Shown here: positions 33,174-45,636 of the stretch, piece by piece
Layout: each line of letters opens with the position of its first letter
Numbering within the stretch: position 1 is the first letter of the stretch
NCBI GenBank assembly: GCA_964019425.1
Contig: OZ025782.1
Span: 310,001-374,000 of the forward strand
Direction: 5' to 3'
Source of the DNA: Flectonema sp. DT1601
Lineage: Eukaryota
DNA: 64,000 bases
Notes under the pieces: model-generated
Seen by the model: the letters and a program-made list of their open reading frames with translations, nothing else
Told to the model about the DNA's origin: nothing
The model's database searches: none
Position numbers and translations under genes: made by a program

Positions 33174-34565
33174 TTACACATCTACATATTGTGATTCCCG
33201 AGGCGGATCATCGTTGGGTGTTGGAGCAGATGTGACGAGCTTACCGCCCTCATGCATGACTACTCTCAGTTGTGGAAGCCCATATTCCGGATCAATATTA
33301 ACTGTCAAACCCTCTGGAACATGGAGAACACATGGGCCAATTACGTAGCTGTTATCCTCAGCTAGGTCAGATATGTCGTAGTGGTCAGTAATTACTCTTT
33401 TACGCTCATTTATAAGAACTGAATGTGTTATCGATTCGTGTACAAAAGTATTATTTTTTAGAATTCCAGGTGATGTTCCTGACGGTTTCCAAGCAGTTTT
33501 TGGTTTTGTAGGTGTACGAGAACGGTATCTGTCGGGAGTAGAGTGACTACGACCAAAACGAGTACTTCCCTTATCGGATTTTCTCGGTGTTTCCATCTCA
33601 GGTGCGGTTCCGTTAACTCCATTATAGCTCATATCGAGGTTTAGTATGTTTGTATGTTCATCAAAGCAGAGAGGACTTGCCAATGCCACTGCCCGTTCTA
33701 TCCAAGGAATCGGACCTTTTCTACCATCTTTTGTAGACCATTGCTCTCCCCTCACATCAACAGCAATACCTGCAGCATGCAACTGAATTTTATAGGTTGA
33801 GAGTAAATCTTCTGATACTTGGAATCGAGCCGTGGCATACCTTTTTATAAACATAACAACCGCTTCGGTTTTGTATTTACACGAAGGGATGTCATCAAGA
33901 AGGGTAGAGTCTTCAGCTAATTCTAAAGGGTCAATTAAATCGATGTCGGGAGAGACATTGATATCCAAACAGTGTAGGACACCAGACTTAGTAAGAATCT
34001 GTTTTAGGTTATACAAAGCTGTTTTAAAACCTTTCTTTGGTAACAGCAACGGCATTCCATATTTTGGTAAACTTTCACCCGTTAGGTACATAGTTCTGGT
34101 TCTTTGATTGACTACAACACAGCTGACTCGACCGACTTTTGATTTGTGTCTTTGTAATGCAATGACAATCTCACCCCATGCACATGCCTCCATTAGTAAA
34201 ATTTCCGGTCTGTCATTATTTAGTACATAAATACTGCATCCAGGAGCATCTCCCATATCTATTGCCGCGGCAAGAGCTTCCGGTGTTGGCTGATCATTTT
34301 TCCGAGACTCTTCTTTTTTTGGTGTCGCAGCATCTTTTTTCTTCCAACGTAAATTATTAGAAGGCGAATCAATTTTTTGTGAATTCTGACTACTTTTTTT
34401 ACTTACCGGAGTCCCGGAAAATGATCTTGTAAATAAGGCACTCGGTAGTCTTGTTATCGATCTACTTCTTCGCTTACCTCTGTACTCAGCCATCAGTGTT
34501 GCTCCCATCACAGATGCGTTATTCAGAGTACCCCTCGTGTCAGCTAACAACATATTTGATGACAT
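33174..34565 (-). CDS. Hypothetical protein
   Basis: 463-aa ORF; no domain recognised. Confidence 0.75.
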   Translation of the reverse strand: MSSNMLLADTRGTLNNASVMGATLMAEYRGKRRSRSITRLPSALFTRSFSGTPVSKKSSQNSQKIDSPSNNLRWKKKDAATPKKEESRKNDQPTPEALAAAIDMGDAPGCSIYVLNNDRPEILLMEACAWGEIVIALQRHKSKVGRVSCVVVNQRTRTMYLTGESLPKYGMPLLLPKKGFKTALYNLKQILTKSGVLHCLDINVSPDIDLIDPLELAEDSTLLDDIPSCKYKTEAVVMFIKRYATARFQVSEDLLSTYKIQLHAAGIAVDVRGEQWSTKDGRKGPIPWIERAVALASPLCFDEHTNILNLDMSYNGVNGTAPEMETPRKSDKGSTRFGRSHSTPDRYRSRTPTKPKTAWKPSGTSPGILKNNTFVHESITHSVLINERKRVITDHYDISDLAEDNSYVIGPCVLHVPEGLTVNIDPEYGLPQLRVVMHEGGKLVTSAPTPNDDPPRESQYVDV

Positions 34566-34851
34566 TTTTTTTTTTTTTTTTTTTGATAAAAGAATGCCTG
34601 TTTAGGAGATAATTGTAAAAAAAAAAAAAAACTCACTTTTAACTTGTATTTTTTTTTTTTTTTTTTTCTTAATTCAATTAAAGAGACTGGGATTATGAAT
34701 CGCTCCATCAGCATCAACGTGGCTTCAAGATGTTCAGGATCGTATGATTTCGTTTATAAATAGTTCTCTTGGTAGATAACCATTCCTGAAGGTGATAGGT
34801 GCCCCACAGATTTTAGATAAGTCTGCTTGTCTTAATGAAAACACTTCCAAC

Positions 34852-34853
34852 AT

Positions 34854-34904
<51 letters not shown>

Positions 34905-35050
34905 CGAAGCCTAGGAAGCCAAAAGCCAGGAAAAGCTCACAGAGTAACAGTTATATCCCTACCAGCAACCGTGACTCTCACAGACGATAAGAGACGTAGA
35001 ATAACCTGGAACAAATGACTACCTAAACCCACCGTCCACGCGAGCAGACA
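34852..35050 (-). mobile_element. Family B element with (TAAA)n 3' tail (SINE or LINE 3'-end like)
   Basis: (ttta)n-cgaagcctaggaagcc...ctctcacagacgataagagacgta recurs at 44351, 52213 and 52420, all in the same orientation. Confidence 0.75.
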
Positions 35051-36711
35051 GTGTTAGACGTTTTGTTGCTGCTATGAAAATAATGGAATAAGATACGAAA
35101 TTATAAAGTCAATTTTCCCCTAGAGAAGAACAAAAAAAAAAAAGAAATTTTTTTTTTTTTATTTTTTTTTTTTTTCCTTTTTTTTTTTTTGTTGAAAACA
35201 AATCAGTCGAACGGAAAAAAAAATTTTTTAAAAAAAAATTAAATAAAAATAAAAAGTGGAAGTAAAGAAAATCAATAAAAAAAAGAAAACTAACTAAATA
35301 ACAAGAAGCACCACTCAATTATTATTTTGAGAAAAGTGTGGGCACATAGAGAATCAAAAAAAAAAAAAAAAAAAAGAAGAAGAAGAAGAAGAAGAAGAAA
35401 AAAAAGTGGGAGCAGTGGGAGAAACGTGATGATCGCGTTCTGAATAAAAAGGACACAAGAAACATAAACATAAATAACAACCAGTTAATAGGTTTAAAAA
35501 AGCCTCAAACCAAAGGCTTCGCAAGTTTAACAAAACATACAAAAAAGTTATCTGTGCAGCTGTCAGTTTTGGATTCTCTTGACCAAAATACAGCTCTTCA
35601 AGACTCTGATCTGGGTAGTAATAGATAAGAATAATAGAAGCCAACTACATTACATGCTCATCACTGATACAGCAAACCAAGGAGTATAGGGTTAACTCCA
35701 ACAGAGCTATGAGGACAACAACAACACAAGTAGACCCTATCTTATCACAATAGTCTTAGTCTAGCTTAGGTTGCTGTGACTTCCATGCTCCTTTTTTTTC
35801 CAGCCTTCTATGTCTGCTTTTGGACAGAAGTTACTGATGTACAGTTCAGGGGGGAAACATAGATCTCAATTTTCTTTTTTTTTTTTTTGGAAAAGAAAAC
35901 CCTCCATTCAGATGAAGCCTTTATATTTTTTGATTATCGCAGAAACAGTAGACCACTGAAAACCCCACGATGGAAAAATATTAATTACATTTTGACCATA
36001 ATAATAAACGGCTCTTAATCTTGATAGCTTCCTTCTCCAACTTCGTTAGTGCAAAACAAATGGGGAAAAAAAGGTTGGGGGGGAGAAAAAAAAAAGAAAA
36101 AAAAAAATTGTTCAGAGCGAAAACATGCAGCGGCATATGACTACTACAAAAATTCGAATAGTGAATAATTGTTAAGGCAGGTGCCAGTTTAAAAAAAAAA
36201 AAAAAGCGGTTTTCTTTTTCATCTTTTTTTTTCTTTAAAAAACCACTATTTATTAATTTATTTGACAATATATAAGTAAATCCACGAGATGACTGCATCA
36301 TGCTTTCCAACATCAGTTGTATGTAGTCTTTTTTTTTTTTTTTTCCCTTACAAAAAAAAAAAAAAAAAAAAAAAATACTGTTCGGTCAGAAGAGAGAAAA
36401 TTATTTATTTATTTATCGAAGTCAGGGAAGTCTTTTGACGTAAATTGACCAGGAGAAAAGGACGACCCAAACCCACTGCATGCACGAAGTAGGTAGTGTA
36501 AGAGATGGCTGATAACGCCAATTTTTCACCAAGGGACGAAAAAACCACCACCATTGAGTATAGGTAGCATTAACTTAACCGATTTCCTTTACTAGAAATT
36601 TGTGAACAAACAAAAAAAAAAAAAAAAAAAAAGTGAAGGCGGTAAAAAAAAGGCGAAAAAGACATTCCTTCTGACTATCGATTATGATCGTCTGTCGAGG
36701 TCGAATTCGAA

Positions 36712-36827
36712 AGGGGGGTTGAATGTTTGAATTTGTAAAATACAACTGTTTTGTATCGCGTAACATAGCGATGGTTTAACATCTGTTAAGGATACAGTGA
36801 CTATGGTGATGCTTAACTTAGCCTTTT
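36712..36827. repeat. Repeat family A copy
   Basis: Aligns with 21773, 54391 and 55384. Confidence 0.85.
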
Positions 36828-37074
36828 AAAGTAACGAAAGGGGGGTAATAATAATTATAATTCACAATACAGCACATATGAATTGAAAAAAAAAGTGAGA
36901 TTAAAAAAAAATCTTTTTTTTTTTGAGAAGTAATAAAGTATTCATGTCAACCTTTCTTATAAACGGTTTTTTGTGCACAAAAAAATAATAAAATAAATAA
37001 TAAATTTACCATCGCTAAACGCAGGAGACCAAAACATTGTTTTGTTGAGAAGACTTTGGGGGAAAAAAAAGAAT

Positions 37075-37107
<33 letters not shown>

Positions 37108-37447
37108 ATAATTTAATAATTTTTCATTTATTTATCGCAATCAAGAAAGTCACATCTCTGTGGAGAAAGTTCAGTCATTCGGTCCCCACAAACCATGAGA
37201 CTCAAATGCTTTTGTTTTTGAAAAGCCAACATTCTGACACATAACATAACAGAGAGAGAAAAAAAATATATAAAACTACTTAATATTAGTGATCGCTGTA
37301 TATGCAGGAGTTGACAGAGGACCCAACAATCCGTAGTATTTATAATGTAGCTAATGACCAGGAGAAGAGAAGCTCACGGGGGAGAATAGTCATTCGGCGT
37401 CGAACAACCAGCAGACTCTCACCACCTTCGTGAGACGGGAAAAAAAA

Positions 37448-37495
37448 GAAGAAGAAGAAGAAGAAGAAGAAGAAGAAGAAGAAGAAGAAGAAGAA
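37448..37495. repeat. (GAA)n microsatellite
   Basis: Direct observation. Confidence 0.95.
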
Positions 37496-39576
37496 AAAAG
37501 TGCTAGTCGGTAATCTGTCGCAGTCTACGGAAGAATACTGTATATCTGAAACGAAGGTGTGTACCAAAATAAAAAAACTGTTTTTTTTTTTTCTTTTAAA
37601 AAAAAAAGGGGGAACTCGCAATCTATAATTTTAATTTAATTTTTCTTTTTTTTTTTTTTTTTTTTTTTCCTTACAAAAAAAACAAACGAACAAAAAAAAA
37701 AAAAAACATGACGAAGAGAGGAAGACAGCATTATTGACTTGTGTGAATAATGAAATTCATAACAACGGGTATATGGTATGTCACGATTAGCGATATATTC
37801 CAAGATTTTTTAAAAAGAAAAAAAACAGGAAGGATGGGGGAAAAAAAACAAAAACCTCAGAAGAAAAGAAAGAACGTCAGATGACCAAGCATTGCAAAGA
37901 GCACACCGATATATAGATAAGAGAGAAAAAACAAAAAAAAAAATTTTTTTTTTTTGTTCCCTTTTTTTGCGCAGATGTAGATTACTTGACATTCATCTCA
38001 CGGCTACAATAAGACACCACAGAGAAATCTATCAAAAAAACAAAAAAAAACAAAATTAATGCCAAAGAAAGAGAAAGCATTTTAGCGTTTAACATAACTA
38101 CATTTCGTCTAGCAATTGAGACAGAATGCTAGTGTCAAATGATGCTAGTTTTTTTTTTTTTTTTGTTTTTTTTCTTCACCACAAGGAGGATATCATTTCT
38201 TAAAATAAAACCATAATTTAAAATAACATAAATGAAAATACCAATATAAAAAAAAATATAACGACATGAACTTTTCTTTTTTAACCTATCCTTATGCGTG
38301 GGGAGCAGGGAAATGACTTTCTTTAATTTTATTTTGTATTGAATATTAATTGAGGAAAGAAAGATAAACATAATTGGAAAGTGAAGAAGAAGAAAAAAAA
38401 ACTGAAGAAAAAAAGTCGTTTTTTCTCTCTTTTTTTTTTTTTTTCTTGTTTATCGATACTTAGCGCAAAATGTGTAAACACGAATTACTAATAAAAATGA
38501 ATTAATCAAAAGAGACAAGCTTCGCTTGGGAAACTCATCTGAGAAACAACAAAAACGATGATTCAAATAAAACAAACCAATCAGACAATCAAACAGGTTT
38601 TAAAAAAAAAAAAAAAAAAATACATCAAATTCAATAATTCGAAATTTAACGAGAAAACGACAATAGAATTAACAATATTTGTTTGTTTGGATTTTTTTTT
38701 TTTTTTTTTTTCGTTCTGGTTAATAAATAAAGAGTTAATTTAACCTATTCAGATTTCCTGCCATTGCAGAAGATACATTGAAAGGACAGAAAAAAAAACT
38801 GAGAAATTAAAAAAAAAGTAGAAAGACTTGACACACAGAGTCCAAACAACCTTTATCAATCTCGGAACAAATAAGCTGCAAATAAATTAAAAAAATAATA
38901 ATAATAAAAACTCACAAGGGACATCCATAGAAGAACAAAGGGTTCTATCAAACTTCGTAAAAACGCAAGGACTGCACACAGATAAATCCTTGTATTGTTT
39001 TCAACTGTCTTAGAAAAAATTAATAATCCAGCATAATAGCTGAACAGGGTAGACCAGACTGCGTCCTTACTAGCGTGTATTTAGTTCACACTGGAAGGAC
39101 ACACGAATTCCTATCAAAAAAAATAAAGGAGATACCTAAATAATGATAGGTTCGTAGATTAGAATTGAAGGGTGATATAACAGATAGTTAACTCTCATCA
39201 TCCTGATTTGAGTACCCAATCGAGTAAGACGCATACTTGACACAATGCACCAACCTACTCACACATATTTATAGCTGAATGTATTGTGATACACTGCGTG
39301 CTCTCAATAGGTAAAATGGAAATATTTTTTTTCTTACCACGTGGATTTAGTTTCACACAGGAAGGACAATGGTGAAACGATAAGTTTCAGTAGCTTAGCA
39401 GGAGTGTGAGATTACAGATGGTTAATTCTTAAAAACTCACAACAGATACATACCATATTATCTCAACACAATTATGTTGTATTTGGCTTGTATTAAACCA
39501 TTATTACATATTTTTTTAAAAAAAAAAAAAAAAAAGGGGGTCAAATCAATGAATCGTGGGTACATCAAATAGTTGG

Positions 39577-39667
39577 TTGGTTTTTTTTTTCGGGTTAAAA
39601 ATAAAAAAAAAAATCTTTTCTTTAGACCATACCATAACCAGCCCTCTTCAGCGAAGAAAGTAAGGGG
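39577..39667 (-). ncRNA. Decayed permuted hammerhead, family E copy E2
   Basis: CCCCUUAC/UUUCUUCG CUGAAGA GGGCU...UGGU C UAAAGAAAAG...AACCC G(A10)CCA. The GAAA is expanded and stem I is damaged. Confidence 0.5.
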
Positions 39668-40659
39668 GTATTGCGGTTTCGGGCCTGTTTTACTCATCGC
39701 GTTTGCCCTTCTCGTAAAGGGACCACCCTCTCTATGAAGGTATTAATAAAAACGCGGAGGAAAACGGGGGGGAAAAGAAAAAAAAAAAAAATCTGAAAAG
39801 AAAAAATGGGTGGTGAAACTTTTGACTGAGGGGAGAAAAAAAAAACATACACTCTGGGGTAGGAAAGGAATTGAATCAATTCTACTTCCCAGGTGACTTA
39901 CTTCAAAAAAAAAAAAATATAAAAAAAAAATAAACAAGAATAAAAAAGTTGATTTGATCGTTATAAAGCTGTGCTGCCGACATTCCTTTTCCTCTGTTGT
40001 TGTTTGATAAAAGGAAAAGAGAAGAGAGATTAGTGTTTGAGAATATTTATTTATAATTGATATAAATATTTTGTACTGTATCAAAAAAAAACAAAAAAAA
40101 AAAACAAAAAAAAATCTTTTTTTAACTTATCTGGCTTTTTTTTTTTTTTTTTTTTTTTTTTGTCAATATTACTTGTCAGTTCGAACTGATTAGATAAACC
40201 ATTGAAGCGAGAACCACTCATAAACTATAGGAAGTTGACAACTTTGAGCATATTTATAATGATATAAATACAAGTCTAGTATCAAAGCAGTCACCTCATC
40301 CTGTTTTTTTTTTTTGTTAACCAATAATATAAAGAAAACACTTTGTTTCTTTACATCGGAGACGGCGTCAGCAACAAAAAAAAAAAAAAAAAAAAAAGCA
40401 GTTATGACCGATGATGTAAGGAGTGTTATTGGTTGTTGTTGTAGTACGATCATAACAATCTGTTAAAGAAGCATTGAAAAACATTGGTGATTCTTAGGTT
40501 CGCTATTTTTTTTTTTCTCATCTTTAGTTATAGTGTTGAAGTCAGTCCCTCAAGTAATATGAGAATCACTTCAGTTCTTTTTTAATCTTTTTTTTACTTC
40601 GATTGAAAGAAACAAAAAAAATTTATAATAAAATATTTGATTAGGTTTATATTTTTTTT

Positions 40660-41785
40660 TTTTTTTTTCTTAAGTGGTATCTTTTATTCAAAAAATGAAT
40701 AAGATCACTCTAAGTTAACTAAAAAAACCTGTTTTTTTTTTTTTTTTTTTTTAAATTAATTAAACTCAAACACACAACTGTTTCCATTTTTTTTTTTTTT
40801 TTTTCGTATTTTTATGAGTGGAAAAAAAAAAATTAAAAAAAACGAGGGTGAATCTTTGAATCGGTACAACTTTCGGCATTAATACAAAAAATTAATACCA
40901 AATCCTAGTTGTTTTGTCAAAGAAAATGGTACGCCTACATTAAAAAAGGAAAAAAAATATATATTTATTAGAAAAACAGGGAGGGGGGGATAACTTGTTA
41001 ACTATATAAAGCAACATAAGGACAACATTATTGAATCAGTGAGTATATTTTTATGAACAATTTTTTTTGTGTAGAGCTAAAATTAAGATAACACACTTTA
41101 CCAAAAAAAAAAAAAAGGCAGGCGACGTATTGTCATTCAGTGCAGTACAGAAATCGAGTTATTCAATTACTTAAATTGTCGTGTGTGCACTCGGAAATCA
41201 AAAACCAATGTGACAGCGTGTAGTTTCTCACCCTTTTTTAATTTCGTAATTAATCGATATTTTAAAAAACATTAGCTTAACAGAGCTAGTAGCACACTCC
41301 TAGAAGGGCATTCACCTTAATGTACTTAGGGTGAATGCTATTCACAATTCAATTAGCAAAAACGAAGGAAAAAAAAAAAAAAAGAGCAAGATCAATTGTT
41401 TGATTTTTTTTTTTTTTTTTAAAAAAGATACCAGCAGTAGTGTTGGTTTCTCATTGTATCATAACATTATAAAAAAAAAAACTATAATTTCTTAACACGA
41501 TCTGTTTTAAAAAGATACAGTGAACTATGGTGATGCTTAATTTCTTTTTTTTTTAGCATTTTTTTTTATTTTTTCCCTATTCCTCATCAGCAGTGAAGCA
41601 AAAGCCGTCAACAAAACGAGAAGGAACTCTTCACTTCTATAAAAAGAAAACAAATTTTTTTTTTTTTATATATTTCTCTAAGTGGTGTCTTTATTTCAAA
41701 GATTAATTGCAATCACTTCAAAGTAATTAAGAAACCTAATTTTTTTTTTAAATTAATTTAAAACTCACAACTATTTCCTTTTTAT
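40660..41785. repeat. Diverged duplicated block (about 40660-40790 and 41675-41785)
   Basis: taagtggt.tcttt...atcact...aaacct...aaattaatt...cacaact.tttcc present in both. Confidence 0.7.
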
Positions 41786-42110
41786 TTAATTTTTTTTTTT
41801 TAAAAAGACGGGAAAGGGTTAGGAAACACACGTATTTTCCTACGAGCCAGTTCAACCAAAAATGCCTGCAAATATCGTCAAAGGACACTACCAAGCCGCA
41901 TCATATATTTTTCTGTGTTGTAATTCAGTGTAGATTTGTTCACAGGTAACTAAAAAACCCGATAATTATTACTCTGAATTTTAACACTTAAGTAGTTTTG
42001 GGAGGGTTAATTGTTCGGTTTTCATATATTATATTAAAAAAAAAAAAAAAAAAAATTGTAATTTAACAGTCTGCTAAAGATACAGTGAACTGTTTATGAC
42101 AATTAAGTTA

Positions 42111-42141
<31 letters not shown>

Positions 42142-42237
42142 GAGGCAATCCATTCAGGTTCCAGTATAGTAGATCATAGCTATTGTAATAAAAAGACGCC
42201 ATATGTATAGTATAGTTAAGTAATAATAATTATCAGT

Positions 42238-42328
42238 CTGGTTTCAGGGCTAAGATTTATTAAAAAAAACAATCTTTCTTCGGACCAATTCCCCTTACCC
42301 AGCCCTCTTCAGCGAAAAAAGCAAGGAA
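42238..42328 (-). ncRNA. Putative permuted hammerhead ribozyme, family E copy E1
   Basis: RNA: UUCCUUG CUUUUUUCG CUGAAGA GGGCU GG GUAAGGGG AA UUGGU C CGAAGAAAG [22 nt] AGCCC U GAA ACCAG. Predicted cut between 42283 and 42282. Confidence 0.65.
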
Positions 42329-44129
42329 GGGACACTGCGGTGTCAGGCCTCGCGTTTGCCCTTCTCAGCCAAGAGACCACGTCAACATGGCTATTACCAT
42401 TTTAACGCAGTCTCATTTTAATCTTAGTACGGTTAATTAGTTAGCAAAATACAAAACTGATGACTACGAGGGGGTCTGGGTAGCCCGCATCAGTAAGTAC
42501 CCAATCGCGAAGATTGTACTTTCACAGCTTCGGCTGGAAGTGATCGACTTCCAGCTCCCACTTTACCCAGAGGCTACGTTGAATAACAACTAAAGTAAAG
42601 AAAAAAAAAAAGGGAAAAAAAAAGGAGACAATAATTTGAGCGTATTCATAAATGATATAAATACGTATATTGTATCAAAAGGTAAACTAATATAAAAACA
42701 ATTAGTAATTTATGGGACAACTGACTAAAAACTACTTACGTTAGCACACCACGGTGAGATTTTAAATATTTTGTAATTTGGATAATACAGATGTAGTTGT
42801 ATTATGGTGTGAATAGGGGGAGAAGAGGGAGAAAAAAAAATATAAAAATAAAAGAATTCACAAAAAAAAAAAAAACACACAGAAAAAAAAAAGAAAAATA
42901 ATTAGCAACAGGCAGCTAAACCACCTTTGTATGTGCCAAAAGTAAAGCCCAGAAAAAAAGAATAATCTTAAGGCAAACGAAAGAACAAAGAAGACAAAAA
43001 AAATAATTACATGCTTGCCTTACATCGCAAGCAGTTGGTGGTAAGTAAAGACAGCAAAAAAAAAGAATAAATAAAAAAAGAATATGCACACGGACGTACT
43101 AAGTCTCACCAGCCTATTAAAGAAAATTTTGATCAGATTTTCTAAAATAGAAACTCGGACCTTTTTATTGACATGTGCATGCGTCGGGAGGGAAATGTTT
43201 CATTAGAAAACTAACTACACACCGCATCACTTTAATCGCAAGCTGTGAGTGCAAATAATGCGAGTATAGAGTTTCCAAGAAACGGAGAAGGAAAAAAAAA
43301 AAAAAAAAAAAAAAAAACAGAAAATCAACACCCAGAGAAGACGGTGTTTTTTCTACAACAAAAAAAACCCGGAAGTTTCAACATAATTTTTTTTTTTTTT
43401 TTTTTAAAATCGGGAAAAAAAAAAACGTCTAAAAGGCAGGTCATGAGTGCAGTTACCTGCAGCACTCGTAATATAACTGTATTGTATCACATTAACACAA
43501 CGATAATCTAACACATCTATAGTGATTGCTTATCACAGCATTTTAAAGTAACTATTTAGGTTGCTGATTTCGTAGCACACTACTAGTGGAACACTTCTAC
43601 AATGAATGTAGAAAGTGCGATGACTAATTATCAAACAACGGGGTTCGGCCAAAACTGGTTGCCAAGGGAGGGTGAAAGGATACTTTTTTTTAAAGAACCT
43701 CCAGCAGCTTACACGATTGGAAGAAAACATGTGCGTCTCCACTTGCCCTGGTGAATAATAATATCACCTAAAGCAAATAAAATATCAAATCAAAACACAT
43801 TTCAGATTCCAGTTGCAAGTTAAAAACGACATAGACTCAGTCATATCACCCCTATAAAGCAGAGGGAATTCATTGTAATTTATCCCAACGACTTGCCGTA
43901 CCCATCATCAGGGTGTTTTTTTTTTTTTTTTTTGAGAGAGAATATAAAAAGGGGGAAGATAGGGAGAAAACAGAAAAAAAAAGAGAAAATTAGGAAAAGT
44001 TCACAAGTCAACGTGAAGGTTTCATCTTCTCTCTTTTTTTTTTTTTTTGTCTTTAAAAAAAACAAAATGCGTCGTTTATTTTATTTTATTTTATTTCAGG
44101 AGAATCTATGAGTTGAGTAAAATAAAAAA

Positions 44130-44257
44130 AACCATTCAGATTTCCTTATATTTCGTTGAACGCAGACAAAATCCTGTCGCATGGGGAAAATAAATCATGA
44201 CCATAAGAAATATTGGCTTTCAATCTGAATAGTTTCTTCTCCGACAACGTCAGTACA
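44130..44257. repeat. Repeat family C copy
   Basis: Aligns with 7808-7946 and 55739-55846. Confidence 0.85.
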
Positions 44258-44350
44258 AAAATAAAAATAAAAATAAAAAGCGTTAAAAACTAAGTTATTT
44301 CAGTCACTTACATAACGGTAAATAAGTAACATAGTTGTGAAACTTTAATA

Positions 44351-44485
44351 TTTTATTTACGAAGCCTAAAAAGCCAACAAAAAAATCAGGAAAAGCTCAA
44401 CAGGGTAAACAGTTAGATTGCTACCAGCCAACCGTGAGACTCTCACAGACGATAAGAGACGTAAAATAACCTGAACCTAATGACT
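44351..44485 (-). mobile_element. Family B copy
   Basis: Aligns with 34852 and 52213. Confidence 0.75.
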
Positions 44486-45636
44486 GGTTAAGTCTCTTGG
44501 TGCAGAATGTGGGGGAAAAGTAAAAAAAAAAAAAAAAAAATTGGAAAATCATCAAAATAAGTACATTATACGATGATAGGCATTTTTGCAATTTCTGATC
44601 ACATTTTTATGATCAAAAGTTTTTTTTTTTTTTTTTTGAAATTTTCTTTTTTTTGAAAAATAAAAAAAAAAAATATCAGCCTATCTATAAGATGACTAAT
44701 TACATTACAAAAACAAAACATCTTTTTGTCGGATTTTTTCTTTTTTTTTTTTTTTTTTTTAAATAATTTTTAGTAAAAAATATTGTTGGAATGAATAACG
44801 AACAAGAATGAGGGGAGTGAAAAAAATAAAATAAAAATAAAACGGAACTTAAACGAGGGAATTTTTTATGCACACCTGTCTACATAATTTTAAGGGGTAT
44901 ATTTAATTAATTTGTTTTATGTTGAAAATTATGAGAAAATAAAAATAAAATAAAAAAATGAAATGGGAAAGGAGGTAAAGACGCAATCTGAAACCAAAAT
45001 TCATGGCGAGTGAACAGGGAAGCAACCCGAAGATCTTAAGTCAACCCTGGCTTTTGTCAGGGGTTTTGAAAATAATCGAAACATAGTTTCTTTTTTTTTT
45101 TTTTTTCCTACCCCCCCTCCTCCGCGGCCTACAAAACAATGATTGAAATACGGCACACAAGACAACGTTAATAGAAAACGGCCCAAGTTATGACTATACG
45201 CAAGCTCAACGAATCTACGCTTCTTTTTCAAAAAAAAAAAAGAAACACGGAAGAGGGAAAATATTATTCAAGTTTACGTTGCAAAATCATATGCTAGACA
45301 CCATCAGAAAGAACGCAGGCGTTTTTTTTTTTTTTTTATGTAAGTGTACGGGGAAAAAAAAAAAAAAAAACGATGGAAAGAAAGACACAATATTTGTGTC
45401 TGGTAGTCAACTGAATCTTACAAAAGGAGTGCAAGAATAATAATTAAGAAAAAAAAAAAAAAAAAAAAAAAGATTGAATAAACGATGTCACGACCTTTAA
45501 CGTCAGGAGGTACGTACAAAAAAAAAAAAGCCTTCCGACTAATGCATTTTTTTTTTTTTTTTTTTTGTCTTACGAGGAAAAAATTCCGAATTAAATACGT
45601 CTTTTTAGAATCTCTTAACGTTCACCAAGAATAAAA

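Noticed and set aside
41143..41155. gtacagaaat, close to the reverse complement of a spliced-leader core
   Set aside because: Short imperfect match with no rest of the leader exon.
43655..43680. ggttgccaagggagggtgaa resembling 7SL RNA
   Set aside because: No helix 8 SRP motif or Alu domain nearby.
43795..43916. Lone CUGANGA words (also near 32918, 41584, 51397 and 55221)
   Set aside because: Stems II and III could not be built in register in any order.
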